Assembly: GCF_011386835.1 (NCBI RefSeq)
Contig: NC_088804.1
Span: 30,256,001 to 30,320,000 of the forward strand
From: Chrysemys picta bellii
Taxonomy: Eukaryota
Reading direction: 5' to 3'
DNA: 64,000 nucleotides
Position 1 is the first letter of the stretch; every line of letters starts with the position of its first letter. The notes beneath the pieces were generated by a model. The model had not been told where the DNA came from. It did not search any database and saw only the letters and a list, made by a program, of their open reading frames with translations. A program made the position numbers and the translations under genes. Below are positions 24,210-36,899 of the stretch, in pieces.

Positions 24210-27149
24210 GTGGGGCTTTGCAATGTTGCTAGAATTCCTACATGCCTGGCTCAGTGTAGTGAGTAGTGTGTGATGTATGTGTAAATACTTTCCCCTTAAT
24301 TCCTACAACTTTTCAAGAAATAGGGTAGCTTCAGAATTTATTTAGTCAATGCTTAGTAATGCTTTAAAAGGCTGGTTAACGGTCAGGTGGTTTACCCCTA
24401 AAGGATTAACCAGTGTTTTGGAGTTAAAGGTACTTCTATTCCAGATAGATGGTGACTACTGCTTTGATCCATCTGTATGGCTGAGAACCCCCCTAAATAT
24501 CTTGGTCCACTCTTCTGCTGAGCCCTTTGTCCCATTGTTTCGAACTACTGACTGTTCAACAGGCTGAAGGAGGCAACATACATATGTGTGGCAGGGCAAG
24601 GATGGAGACAAAACAGAAAATTCGGAACTGAAAAGTGGGAACATCAGCATTAGAAGCTGTTCCAAAAGACTGAGCTCAGAATGGAGAGGGCAAGGAAGAT
24701 GGAAGGAGGACAAAAAAAAAGAATCCCTCTCTCTACTGAGAACCCTGATAAGAATACTCATTGGTCTTGTTCAAAGGGTTAATGGCAGCTTAGCTTGGAG
24801 GGAACTGCGTGTGGCCTGTTAGCCTGCTTCTCCTTCTGCCATCTTTCTGTTGCCCACCTTTGAGTTTCTGTCCCTTGCAGTCTCCTCAGTGCAGTGTCCC
24901 CTCTTCAACTCTCTCTGCCACTGGTAATAATTGCCCTTCTTCTCCCTGCTTTCCCCCCCCCCCCCCCCCCACCCCAAGAGTGGTCAACCTGTTCTTCTCC
25001 ACTTTCTAGGTCTCCTTCTTCCACCTTCTTCTGTCCCCATTCCTGCCCAATGCCTTCAACTCTGAGTTTTCCCTTCTACCTATTTGATTTCCCCTGTTCC
25101 ACTCTATCTGCTGAGCAGAACTGAGCTCAAGCTGCTGCTGGATGTGATTTCCTGCCTACTGAAGCCAGAAGGTGGAACTGAGTGAATAACGTAAGGAGAA
25201 GACAAAACCGAGACTAGCTACTCAGAGGCCGGAGGGGAGAACTAAGGCTCTGGTACTTGAGACATGTATGGCTGGAGAGAAGCTGAAATCTAACTATCCA
25301 AAATGTTGGAATAGAGGGTATTTGGGTACTGAATGTACACAAAGGATGGAATCTTCATAAATGATCAGCACTGGCCTAACTGCTCCCATTGAAATTAGTG
25401 GTAAACCTCCATGGATTTTAATGGGAGCAGAGTTAAACCAATTCTGAGAACTTTTGAAAATCCTACCCATCTTGTCTGATTTATTTTTTTTCCCCAAGGT
25501 ATGGTATGAAGATTTACTAACATGTGCTAAAGGGCAATTTCAATCCCTAATTGATGCCATCAGTATTTTCAAATGAGGCACCTTTTAGAAATGTGGAAAT
25601 AGATTTGAGTTAAATTTCTAATAAAGTAAACATGTGCTAGTTTTCCTATTGTTGCTATGTAGTAGAATATGGTCTTGCCTGGAGTCAATAAGATAGAAAA
25701 TTGTGGTTAATAATGAAAGCTAAATGAGAAGATACTTTAATGATGGGATATCATGTGCCTGACTATAAAATAAATAGTAATTATCACATTTGAGAAACTA
25801 CTCTGAGTATTTGAATTGCTCTTGACAACTTCAGCTATATATCATGCCCTTCTGGATTATGCACTTTCTAGTTCTTAATAAGCAAACAAATGAAACAGAA
25901 TTCCTTACCCCGATGGAAGATGTTGTTTTCAACACAACGTCAACAAGCACAGATAGCAAGAAAAGAGCCAACATAGCAAACTACAGGGTTATTTTTCATT
26001 TACACATTTTGTTAGTTATGAAACAAGATGAGAAATATATCTTTTTTTTTAATCTTTACATTCTCCCCACCCTTCACTACCACACACCATTATAACACAT
26101 GTCAAAAGAGTTGTTATGATTTTACAGAGAAGAGAGGGAAATTGTATAACCCCTGTTAGAGTAGTATAATACATCCTGACATTGAGTCAAAGGGGTAAAC
26201 ATTCCAGACTTTCCACAGGGTATTGGCACAAAGAAAGCTTGTGTTTGGCAGATCAGAGATCACGCTTTAGCCAATAGGGAGGAAACTTTGAAGAAAGTAT
26301 AAGTTTGTTATGGTTTTTCCTTAACTTTTCCAAAATATTTTGCATATGTGCATACTGACATATCGGTGAAAGAATGCTTCAGAAGTACACAATATTACTG
26401 GATAGAGCAATTGAATTTATATTGTTCAGATAGATGTTATTCTACAGAATCAGTTCTTTAAAAAAAATCCTAAAATCTATTTTTCCAGTATTGCCCAGGG
26501 TTTCGAGCCAGTCAAACAATCCACAATTATTTGTCAAATATTTTCATTGATAAATTTCACTTATTTTTAAAATAAAAATTAGTTGTCCAGCTCTCATAGT
26601 GACATTTACATCTCCCTGAGTCTCTAAGAACTCTCAGAATGAAACCATACTTGCAGGTGAGTAATGCATATAATCCACCTCTTCTGAAACAACTTCAAAA
26701 GTGCTGAAATCCTAGGGCATATTTGAAAGTAATTCTAAGCCTCTTCTATACTACAAAGTTAGGTCAATATAAGTCACCGTTGGCCTATTTATGCATGTTT
26801 GCATTCAAATTTGTCTCTGGCCAGTGTAAGTGTCCTGTTACAGCGACATTCTAAAACCACCTCTATGACCATGGTCAAACTATTTTGGTTGACTCAATGC
26901 AAGTGTAGACAATGCCTGACCTGTGTTGTCCCTAATAGTCCTCCAGCCACTGTGCCACAAAACCCCATTTCCAACAGTGACCACTCTGCTCACATTTTAA
27001 AACTCTACTGACTAGGGGTTACAGAGACTGGAAGCCCGTCCCTCCCTCCCTCCCCCCGTCCTTAAAACCTGGTGTGTTTTTGAAATGCCCTTTCCTGGTT
27101 GCCCACTTTGGTAAGCATACCTAGCAGCTCATCTTTGTTATTTATGTCC

Positions 27150-28800
27150 AACTAACCAGGGTTCCATGCACACACAGCAATTCGAGGCACGCTCCTGCCT
27201 GGAGCAGAGAAGCAGCGTTGGATTTCCTGGGCGTGTAGGAAGAAGAGGTTGTGGAAGCACAACTGCAGAACAGCCATAGAAACATGGACATCTGCAAGCA
27301 GATTGCAGGGGGGATGCAGGCAAAGGGGTACAATAGGGATCAGCAGCAGTGCCATGGAAAAGCAAAGGAGCATCATCAGGGATACCATAAAGTGAGGGAA
27401 GGCAAAAAAATCTGGTGTTGTCCCACAGACTTGCTTTTAGAATGAACTGCATGCCATACTTGGAGGAGACCCCACACCACCATGGATACAATAGAGGAGC
27501 CCAAGACACAGACTCCTGCAGTGAATAGTGAGGAGGCAGAAGTTGAGGAGAGAGACACAGTAGGAGACTCCAACAATGCCGCGAGCCAGGACCTATTTGA
27601 ATCTCAGCAGGAGTCTAGCTATTCCCACAAGGCAAGTGTGGATGAGCCCAGTGATGAAGGGAAAAGGAGCTTGGGTAAGTGTGTGCATGCATTTTCCTTT
27701 ACAATGTTTTATTTGCTTTTCCTCCCTCTCTCTTTCCCCTTTCCCATCTCTTTCCCCCACCCCCATTTAAAGATGGCACTTGGCCTATCCTCAAGTTTAT
27801 GAAACAAAGATATCAACTTTTCATTGCTTTACTAGTATATTGTGAGAAAATTAAAAATTAGGAAGTAAATTCAAAACAAATTCTTCAACACTACCGTGGC
27901 AGTCTGAATACACAATACACATCAATTCGGTGTCCTGTGCTTGGGCAGAGGTAGAACAAACAGAAATAGAGACAGCCTCTCCTTTCCATTCCCGTTGGGG
28001 AAGGGTGAAATATGTCTGTTTATGTGAATAACAATGTCCCTTTCATCGAGATCTCTCAGGAGGATAAAACGTTTTATAGAGAGATTCTGCAATCCTCTCT
28101 AGAAGGTTTCTAGGGATGGCAGCCTTATTTCTTCCTCGGTGGTAGGACACTTACCCATGCCATTCTTTGAGTTCAGTTGGCACCAAACCAGCTAGTGGCA
28201 TACAGGCCCAGTTTGCTTCAGGACACCAGTAACAGCTGGGTTCTGGCCTTTATAACCCTGAGGAGTGAGGTATCAGCCAAAAATCAACACTACCAGTGAA
28301 AAATAGTGCCAATGTTCACAGCCCTGACCCTGTTCTCTGACTTGTGCAAAGGGGCCAGAATCATATAGCTTCATGCAATAGAATATCACCAATCCCCCCA
28401 CCCCCCCACCGCCCACCCCCACACCCCTGGCAGACTGCCCCACCATGGTTGGAGCTGGAGACCTCTGCTCTACCAAAGTGCACCAAAGCTGAAGTGTCAA
28501 TAAGGCTTTCTTACTGTAAGTATTTATGGGAATAATATAGGGATGTTTTGAGACTTACCTTTCCCTTTCTGCTATGATGGTAAATCTGACTGTACTTGTG
28601 TCTGCTTTATCAGCAGATTCTTGAGTGGTGGCTTTGAGGAGTGTCCCCTTCACGCCCAGAGAAAGACTGACCTAGAGGAGGAGGAGGAGAAAGAGGACTA
28701 CGGTGGACATATTTTGCGAGATTTGGGTCATGGACACACAACTTGGAGGGCCAATATTTCTCCATGCTCTTCATCATTCACGGGGGGGAAGGCAAAAAGA
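27150..28800 (+). pseudogene. Harbinger Myb/SANT (trihelix) DNA-binding protein gene, two exons, disrupted
   Basis: 'APAWSREAALDFLGV*EEEVVEAQLQNSHRNMDICKQIAGGMQAKGYNRDQQQCHGKAKE', then an acidic linker 'NSEEAEVEE...SQDLFES'. Donor GTAAGT at 27675; acceptor '...tttatcag' at 28613; exon 2 reads 'RRRRRKRTTVDIFCEI'. In-frame stops and frameshifts are present. Confidence 0.85.
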
Positions 28801-29444
28801 CCCAAGAGTTTCAGCATCACATGGATATGGCATCACAGACCTACAGCTCCATGCCAGAGGCCAGCAAGGAAAACCACAGCTTCAAATACTCTGACCTGTG
28901 AAAACTACAGACTGATAGCCACAATGCACTACCATGAACAACGGTTTTGTTTACACAAATGGATATAAAGGTTTGCTTCCTTTTAAAAAGGAATTTTAAA
29001 TATTTCACCCCATTATGAAAATGGTATGACACAGTACGTGTGTTTGCACTTTGATTTTGTGCATTGAATTTTTGCACTCAGAGTATCTTGATTAGTTCTC
29101 AACAAACATTACAGTATGCATAGAGGCAGTCAAGAAATCAAACACTACTTATAAATGCTCACCACGCACCGCTGAATTCATAGCGTGAGGAAAACACCCC
29201 CATACTTATAAATGTACAATAAGCACCACACAATTCATAGTGGCAGGCAAAGCCCTAGGCCCAGAAGTCTTTATAATTTGCAGCAGGCACAACATAATAG
29301 ATACCAGCAAACAAAAACCAAAAAAATACATAATTTAAATGACATAAGACATACATTATCTCAAGACAGAACACTACTGTGGCTCACAGTGAAAACGAAC
29401 CTTTAAACACCTTCCCCCACTCAAATTCCTAACTCCACATCATA

Positions 29445-30581
29445 GCCCTGGCGTCTGGCTGTTCAAATTCAGCAGACGTCCACTTCATCTCGCCCCTCCA
29501 CTCTAGCGGCAGCTTCCCCTGCTTTCCCTCACATATATTATGCAGTATACAACATGCAGCTACAACCATTGGGATGTTGTTTTTTCTCACTGAGGTCTTA
29601 TCTAGTGAGTAAAAAATGCCAGCAACCCATCAATCTACCAAAGCACATTCCAGAGTTATTCTGCACCTACTGAAGCAGTAGTTGACTCTTTCCGTAGTGC
29701 TGACCTGATGGCCCATGGTGAGCTTCATAAGCAAAGGTTCGGGTAGGTTCCTCAGAATCACTATTGGCATTTTTACATTGCCAGTGGTAATCTGCCATTT
29801 AGGAAAGAATGTCCCTGCGTGCAGCTTTCTGAACAGTCCTGTATTCTCAAAGATGCACGCATCACACACCTTCCCTGGACAACCCACACGAATATCCGTG
29901 ATGTATCCCCTGGTGATTCACTAGTACTTGGGTAACCATAGGAAAATATCCCTGTGCTGTTGATATACTCAGTAGCACGGTGGGCTACTGCCAAAATAGG
30001 AATCCTTGTTCTGCCTATTGCCCCACTGGAATTCAGGAACTTAATTGCTGCAAATCTATTCACTATTTCTTTCACATTGCCAAGTATCACAGTCCTACAC
30101 AGCAGGAGATGATTAATGGTTCTATATGCTCTCGTGACAATGGCCCCCACTTTGGATTTTCCAACTCCAAAATGATTTCCCACTGATTAGTAACAAGCCA
30201 GCATTGCAAGCTTCCAAACCGTGGTTCCACTTGCTTCTTCACGGTCAATGCAACTTTTATTTTGGTGTCCCTGCACTGAAAGGCTGAGGTGAGTTCTGTG
30301 CACAGATCCAGGTATGTGGCCATTTGCATCTGAAAGTTCTGCAGGCACTGCTCATCATCCCAAACCTGCATTACAATGCAGTCCCATCAGTCAGTGCTTG
30401 TTCTTGGGCCCAGAAATAATTTGCCACCATCTTCAGCTATTTCATGAATGCTATGAGCAACCTGGATTTTTTTTCTCACTATGTCCATCAACAAACTCTC
30501 CTCAAAGATATCCTCATCTTCCTCATTATGATCCCAATGGTTTTGGTACTTCCTCCAGGTCTGCAAATCCAGGTGAATCAT
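29445..30581 (-). pseudogene. Harbinger (HARBI1-like) DDE transposase, disrupted
   Basis: 'WDDEQCLQNFQM', 'GNHFGVGKSKVGAIV', 'GAIGRTRIPI' (cf. GAIDGTHI), 'MPIVILRNLPEPLLMK', 'NYCFSRCRITLECA', 'AACCILHNICE'. The sequence is split over several frames. Confidence 0.9.
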
Positions 30582-31270
30582 TCATGCTGCACTTATAATA
30601 TTCATGAGAATAATGCTGAGCTCTGTGGGCTCCATCTTTCTGTCAGACATGGCAGAGACTGAAAAGCAATGCACAGGTTTTGTGGATTTTCAAAAAATGG
30701 CACAAATTACAGGATTTGGAATGTATTACGGGGTGGAGAATGTTGCACCCTGGGAGCTAGACCCATAGCTCCCAGAAATCGTTGGGTGAATCATTACTAT
30801 CACCACAAAAACTGCAAAAATGTCCCAAAGAGTATTGGCATGGACAATGATGCATGGGATGCCTACCTGTGGTGAATCCTGCTTTACATCAATGCAATTG
30901 TGGGGAGTATGCACAGCACCAGTGTAGGCAGACAATTATGTATACACCTGAGCAATATATAGACTTTGGGGTATGTACGACAACATAACTTGCGTTGTCT
31001 GACGTTTGTAGTATAGATATGGCCCAAGTTGATACTGCATAGCATAGGCTTTCTCTTGGCACCCTCAGGGGATAGGTTAAACCAATTTAGATTTGCATCC
31101 ATTTACTGACCTGTAATTTTCACCACTTTCCATATCACATCTGAATGTAAATCTCTGAGTTTAAGAGAGTCAAAGTTAATGTAACATATTTGCCAAGGAG
31201 CAAGAAGTGAAGAATATATTAGGAAAAGCCAGTAGCCAGAGGATGTAAGAAGATAGAACTCTACCTATAT

Positions 31271-31366
31271 ATGCATCTGAAGAAGTGGTTTTTTTATCCA
31301 CGAAAGCTTATGCCCAAATAAATGTGTTAGTTTTTAAGGTGCCACTGGACTCCTTGTTGTTTTTAC
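31271..31366 (+). mobile_element. Short PLE 3'-terminal relic beginning at the hammerhead motif
   Basis: gcatctgaagaagtgg...ccacgaaagcttatgcccaaataaatgtgttagtttttaaggtgccactggactccttgttgttttt is homologous to the reverse complement of the pLTR end at 17650-17740. Confidence 0.85.
31273..31313 (+). ncRNA. Minimal type I hammerhead ribozyme with canonical CUGANGA...GAAA core
   Basis: GCAT-CTGAAGA (31277-31283)-A-GTGG[tttttttat]CCAC (stem II)-GAAA (31302-31305)-GCTTA^TGC. Stem I is GCA/UGC; stem III is the palindrome AAGCUU (dimer-type). Confidence 0.7.
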
Positions 31367-31456
31367 CTATACACTGTCTCATTATCGTTCCCCTCTCCCC
31401 CCCTCCCCCCCCGCATTCCTTTCTTCTGGCCCCCTCTGTGGGCTACATTGACTTAT

Positions 31457-31639
31457 GGGGGGAGGGATAGCTCAGTGGTTTGAGCTTTGGCCTGCTAAAC
31501 CCAGGGTTGTGAGTTCAATCCTTGAGGGGACCATTTAGGGATCTGGGGAAAAAATAGGTATGGGGATTGGTCCCGCTTTGAGCAGCGGGTTGGACTAGAT
31601 GACCTCCTGAGGTCCCTTCCAACCCTGATATTCTATGAT
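31457..31639 (+). mobile_element. tRNA-derived SINE with CR1 3' tail (tortoise Pol III/Cry-type)
   Basis: A box 'tagctcagtggt' and B box 'gttcaatcc', then the CR1-like tail 'gggttggactagatgacctcctgaggtcccttccaaccctgatattctatgat'. Confidence 0.9.
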
Positions 31640-34289
31640 GATCCCTCTCCCCACAACAGAGAGTTTGGCTTATTGGGGCAAATTGAGAGGTGGTATGTAA
31701 AGATAATGTAAGTTACACATTGACTAGCAAATTTAAGGAAGTGTAAAGGAAGTCTGCTTCTGTACACAAGGGTGGGCAGAGGCTGGAACAAACTCTTATA
31801 CCATGAGTCAGTTAGGGCCTGATCCCACTCCCATTGATGGCAAAACTTTTCTTGACATAGATGGAAGCAAGCCCTAAGACCTACTTATGGCTAAATTGAG
31901 ATGTAACCCTATATCAATAAGCATTCAGAAACGAAATGTTCTGATGCAGCATGGTGCAGAAAGATTTGAAAATTTTAGCAAGACAAAGGATGTTCTCAGA
32001 TAAGAACTTTATTAGATTTTTTAGTAGTATTAAATCAGTCCCATTAATCGGAATAATTACCTTTCAGGCTGTGGGGAGTATACTCCTGTTAGGTCCTGAG
32101 TCAATAATCTTTGAATCCCAAACAGTAACTTTACAACTGGAGTAAATAATTATACTGAACCTGCAGCATAATCTCTTTGCAGACTTTCACCCACTAGGGG
32201 GCAAGACTATTTCAATTTACTGCTAATGCTAAATAACATGTAAAGTGTAAGTGCCACCATTTCATTCCAGAAAATGTCTGAGAAGTCCCATGTCAGTGCA
32301 AGTCAGTCACAGCCACCTCACAGCCTGCTACCTTCTAACTCCAAGCATATTCATAAGAATCTCTTAAAAGTTCTAGGCTTGCTTTGACAGTCCTTATGTA
32401 ATAGCAGTGTTGCAAGAGAGTGTGTTTTCACTTCCTTAGCAATCTCTTTATAGCCTGGGGCTCCACTGCAGCAGCGATTTTTTGGGGGGGAAGAGAACTA
32501 ATGCTTGACTAAATTTCAAACCAAAAATATAAAGTGAGAGACTTTAAAATTGTATTGTTTTTAAAAACTCAGAATAAAAAAATCTAGTGCACGACTGTCT
32601 GTATGTAAGGACTGATGCCCTATTCACTTCATTATGCAAGAGCTGCACCCCCACTATTCCTTTTTAACCATGATGCTGCCTGTTGGCTACTGCTTGTGAA
32701 TCAATGAGGTGTAGTCAGACAGACATCCACACATCCGGGGATATGGCACTGCATATTAATCATGCTGAGAGCTCAGGGCCAAGCAGTGCAGATGGTCTGA
32801 GGGTCTGTAAAACCCTAGTTACACATTGTTGGTGCAATAGTTGAGCAATGGATCTCTTTGGATAAAAGAGACATATCTGAAGCAGGCAATCCACTAGATA
32901 GGAGCTGGGGAATTGTACTAAGCACACTCATGCTTTTCTGTTTATTCAGAGAACAATCATTTAATCGTCTGCCTTAAATACTTGATAACTAAGGGAAGTG
33001 GTATATGTTGTTATCATTATTGTCTCTACTAGGTCTATCCAGCATCAGAGTTTATGCTATCACTCAAGTGCTATTTCTGTTGTGTGACAGGACTGACTAA
33101 TCCTGCATGGTGGAGGGGGCAGGAGGGAGAATTTTTTCCCACTTGATGATGCCTTTATGAAGTATTCCTTTGTTCACTATAGAGGTCTGCTTCATGATGA
33201 TGACATCAAAGCAAAGGCAAGAACACAAAGACTGCATTGGTTAAGAATGTCACAATCTATAAATAACTCTGGGAGATCAATGCACAGCAGACGAAAAAAA
33301 ACTTCCCCGGTGGATTGATTTTATGTTGTTTTTTCCCTTCCTTCCCCTTTCCAGGTATATTGACATTGCAGGTGGCCAGCTGAAAAGAAAGAATAGGGAG
33401 AAGAACAAGCAGGAGAGAACTGACTGTACTCCTGATGTGGGCCTAACGACAACAGAATGACATCCTGTTAAAGGAACATTTGTGGTGAACTCTGAAAACA
33501 TTGGTTCCAATCCCCAGACAGTGTGGATTGGCATAGCTCCGTTAAAATCAATGTCACTGCATCCAAGAGAAATTAATAAATAGAAAACTCTCACCCAACG
33601 GAGTGTTGATCCTGGATGTGCCTCTTTTGAATGCATTTCACTGGCTCACAGCTGCACACTGATCATAGCACCTTAGCTGTGGAGAAAAATTGCCATCTGC
33701 AAATCATCCTAGAAAAGTAGTAATGATTGACGTAGTTATGGCAACAGCCAGTATCACCATAGTAAGATACTGAACCCCAATAATTAGAAAGACTCTCAGA
33801 CTTGTTCCAGCACAGCTATAAAACTTGCTGAATACTCAATGAGCATTTTTCCTCCAATAACCCAAGCATGAAAAAAATTCTCTGGAAAAGAGGAATCTTC
33901 AGATCATGTGGGAACTTCAGTTCTCAGAAACTTATTGACCAGTAACACAAGCCAGCAGACTCGTTACAGTAATGACCTTACACGTCATCCCATATGATCC
34001 ATAAACACTGCATAATTATAACAAATTGATATGCAAACTATACACAAGATAATTTATGGGATAAAACACAGCTGTTCAAGAGCTCAAGGATCCAGTACAA
34101 GTTTAGGACAGGAAGTGAAAACATTTTTTTTCCATTTGACGCCTCAAAAGGAATTTAACTAGACAGGATGTAATCACATGTTGGATTTTGGCAATGGCAC
34201 TGGGTTAGTATCTTTGTATACTTATAGAGTGTCATGGGATCTTTAATTATCACAGGCAATCAGGACCTTGATTTTTAGCTCTCTCTTTT

Positions 34290-34461
34290 AAAAAGAACAG
34301 GAGTACTTGTGGCACCTTAGAGACTAACAAATTTATTAGAGCATAAGCTTTCGTGGGCTACTGCCCACTTCTTTGGATGATAAATTTGTTAGTCTCTAAG
34401 GTGCCACAAGTACTCCTGTTCTTTTTGCAAATACAGACTAACACGGCTGGTACTCTGAAAC
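34290..34461. mobile_element. PLE terminal relic with perfect 47-bp internal inversion
   Basis: 34290-34336 is the exact reverse complement of 34380-34426. The 43-nt loop is the antisense hammerhead. Flanked by the direct repeat CTCTCTTTTAAAA (34281-34293, 34462-34474). Confidence 0.9.
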
Positions 34462-36899
34462 CTCTCTTTTAAAAGACACCCTCCAGTGGCATAGTACATC
34501 CTAAGCTAATTTTAGGACATTGGTTTATAATGATGAAAAGGGAATAACCTGCTCTATTATCAGCCAGATTCTCACATCCATCCTCATGAGTAGTTGGTTG
34601 CTTTGCAAATAGTCCTACTTACTGGCCCAGTACTACCGAAATCACATTCTGTAGTCTTTCCTGTGTTCTGAAGTCTATATAGTGACCCAGTCCCTCATTT
34701 TAGCAGGTGAATTCTGAAAGTACCACTGCATAAGAAGGGTTAAGGCTACAGTCCTCTAGTACTTAGCACTAGAAATAAAGTACATTTGCTATTTTACATT
34801 TACAGTCTGAATGTTACTTTTTGTTTTTTTAAAAATTAGTATTAATAGATGTAAGCCTTATTTACCAACGTCCTGCTGTGATGAGAATGTTAATATACTA
34901 TGTATCCTCAACTGAACTAGATTTTCATTTTGTAATTATTTCTTCACTTGATTTTTTTTCTGTCCCTCAGTGAGAGAATGCTTTACGTTATACAATGGGG
35001 TTTAAAAAGCTAAACCTGATCTGGATCTGTGGTGCATAATATCTAGTCATTTTATGTATATTAATGCTAAATCCTGTTCTTGATTTCCATAAATGGCCCA
35101 CAAAGCATGCCAACCTTCTTCCACATTTTAAACAGTACTAGGTTTTGATGAGCAAAATTGGTAGGTACTAGATGAACAAAAGAATACTGATGATACATAA
35201 TGTAAGGCTTGATCAAAAGTTGTGAACTCGTCAGATGGTCTGCCAAAAAACTGGATTGTTTTCTAGAAAGTATTTCTCAGCCAAGTTACAAGATACAGTC
35301 TGGCTGTTAATTGAAGCTTTGAAAAATCTAACTTTTGGTTATATTACAAAAATAGTGAAAATGGTTAAAAATGTCTTGTAAAAATTGGTTATCAATATAA
35401 AATGTACATGGACTTCATGATGAAGACACATAAAAGAAATGAGAGAAATTAGAAATGGACAGGACATATTTAATCATCAGATCCCCCTGTTAATACATTA
35501 TTGTTTAATTTGGAATGTTCAATGTTTCCATTTCACTGTTCCTAGCTCTACCCCCTTGCACCGGATGTCCACCATCCCCACCTCCCTGCCATCTCCCCCT
35601 GCAATCCTTGGCGTTCACACTTTTTAAAATGCATGCAGTTATTGTGGCCACCTTTAGTAACTGTTAGCTGTTTGCCAAACTACACCTATTTTATCCACTT
35701 AATGGGCTAGAGAAAATGATAGAAGTGGAAAAAATAACATTTTGTGGGGCTCTCTTCACTCTAGCTTTTGTTAATCTTTCTGACACTCAGGTAACAAAAA
35801 CTGTGTATGAAATCGTACGTGTGGTCTCATCAAGGTCAGCAGATAAAAAAGTATTGCCACCCCTTTGCTGAGTGGTGGTAGAATTTTGGGGCTATCAGTT
35901 CAGTGTCCCTTGTGGAGTGGAAATCAGTGCTGTGGAGTCCAGTGTTTTCCTAGTGGAATTTTTTTCTTTAAATACTGCGCACAAGTTCTGTTTCTTCTAA
36001 TGAGGGTGGTAGCAAAATACACATGGGCAAATCTCTTTTTCAGCAATCTGTGGTCAGATACCTCTGCCCTCCAGAAACAGCTGCCTTGCACCTCACACTC
36101 TCTCCTCACTGCTTAAAACACAATCTCTTCTTCCTGCCCCAGTGTCCTGAGTTAGTGGGGTATAGAACGCTTCTTTATTGATTTCTGGGGAGCTACACTG
36201 ATTTATATGATTTGGCCCTACAATCTTACTAGGTAAGAATATTTATGAACAACTTTCTGTGGGGAGAAGCAGTAAATCAGAGTCTGGCTAACGTAAGGGT
36301 CTAAATGCAGAGAGATGAGATTATACTTTTTTTGTAAATGGAAGGTAATAGTTTGCAGTTTTACAGGGAGGGAAATAAACAGTGCTAATAAATGCATCTG
36401 CCAGAAAATAGCCTAGTGGCAAAAGCTACCTCTTGTTAGTCTGGGGACAACATTCAGATGTCACAGAGTCAGGCACATTTGCTAAAATCCTCTTGAAGAA
36501 AGAACACCTGTGGCTATCAGAAGTGACAAACACTAAATCATAAGGGTGCGCACGAACCTCTGTTAGTTCGCTGGGTTTTGTATGCTAGCTAAATAACTAG
36601 AACTAACATAGTCACAGGAAGGGGTTTGCCCCACCACATCCATACTTCTTTCCATTTTAATCTTATTCATACTATTTTCCCCCAGGAGGGCTAAGAGATT
36701 CAGTTTGACTTTCATGTTCTCTTCCTTAGTATAAAACAACAGAACAGTAGCTACAAATGAGAGACTTTCTATACTGCAGCAGGATTCTCTATTGTTCATC
36801 CCCCTTTGCCTGTTCTTTTCTTCTTCTTCTTCATATTTTTAGACACTAATCCTGTAACTGATTCCTCGTGGATGCAGGGATCTGCGTCTTCAGAATTGG

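Larger units (their letters stand above)
26780..31025. mobile_element. Decayed autonomous PIF/Harbinger DNA transposon
   Basis: Convergent Myb/SANT-like (+) and DDE transposase (-) genes. The right end 'gtagtatagatatggccc' resembles the Harbinger TIR (GGCTATGTCTACACTAC, reverse complement). The left end is approximate. Confidence 0.88.

Noticed and set aside
24443-24567. Acceptor followed by frame IDGDYCFDPSVWLRTPLNILVHSSAEPFVPLFRTTDCSTG*
   Set aside because: No upstream partner exon or homology recognised.
25910-25981. 72-nt minus-strand exon-like segment with donor GGG|GTAAGG
   Set aside because: Weak acceptor tract; the only open frame is a hydrophobic string with no known match.
31457-31530. 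tRNA gene
   Set aside because: A and B boxes are present, but the sequence runs into a CR1 tail, so it is a SINE head rather than a tRNA.
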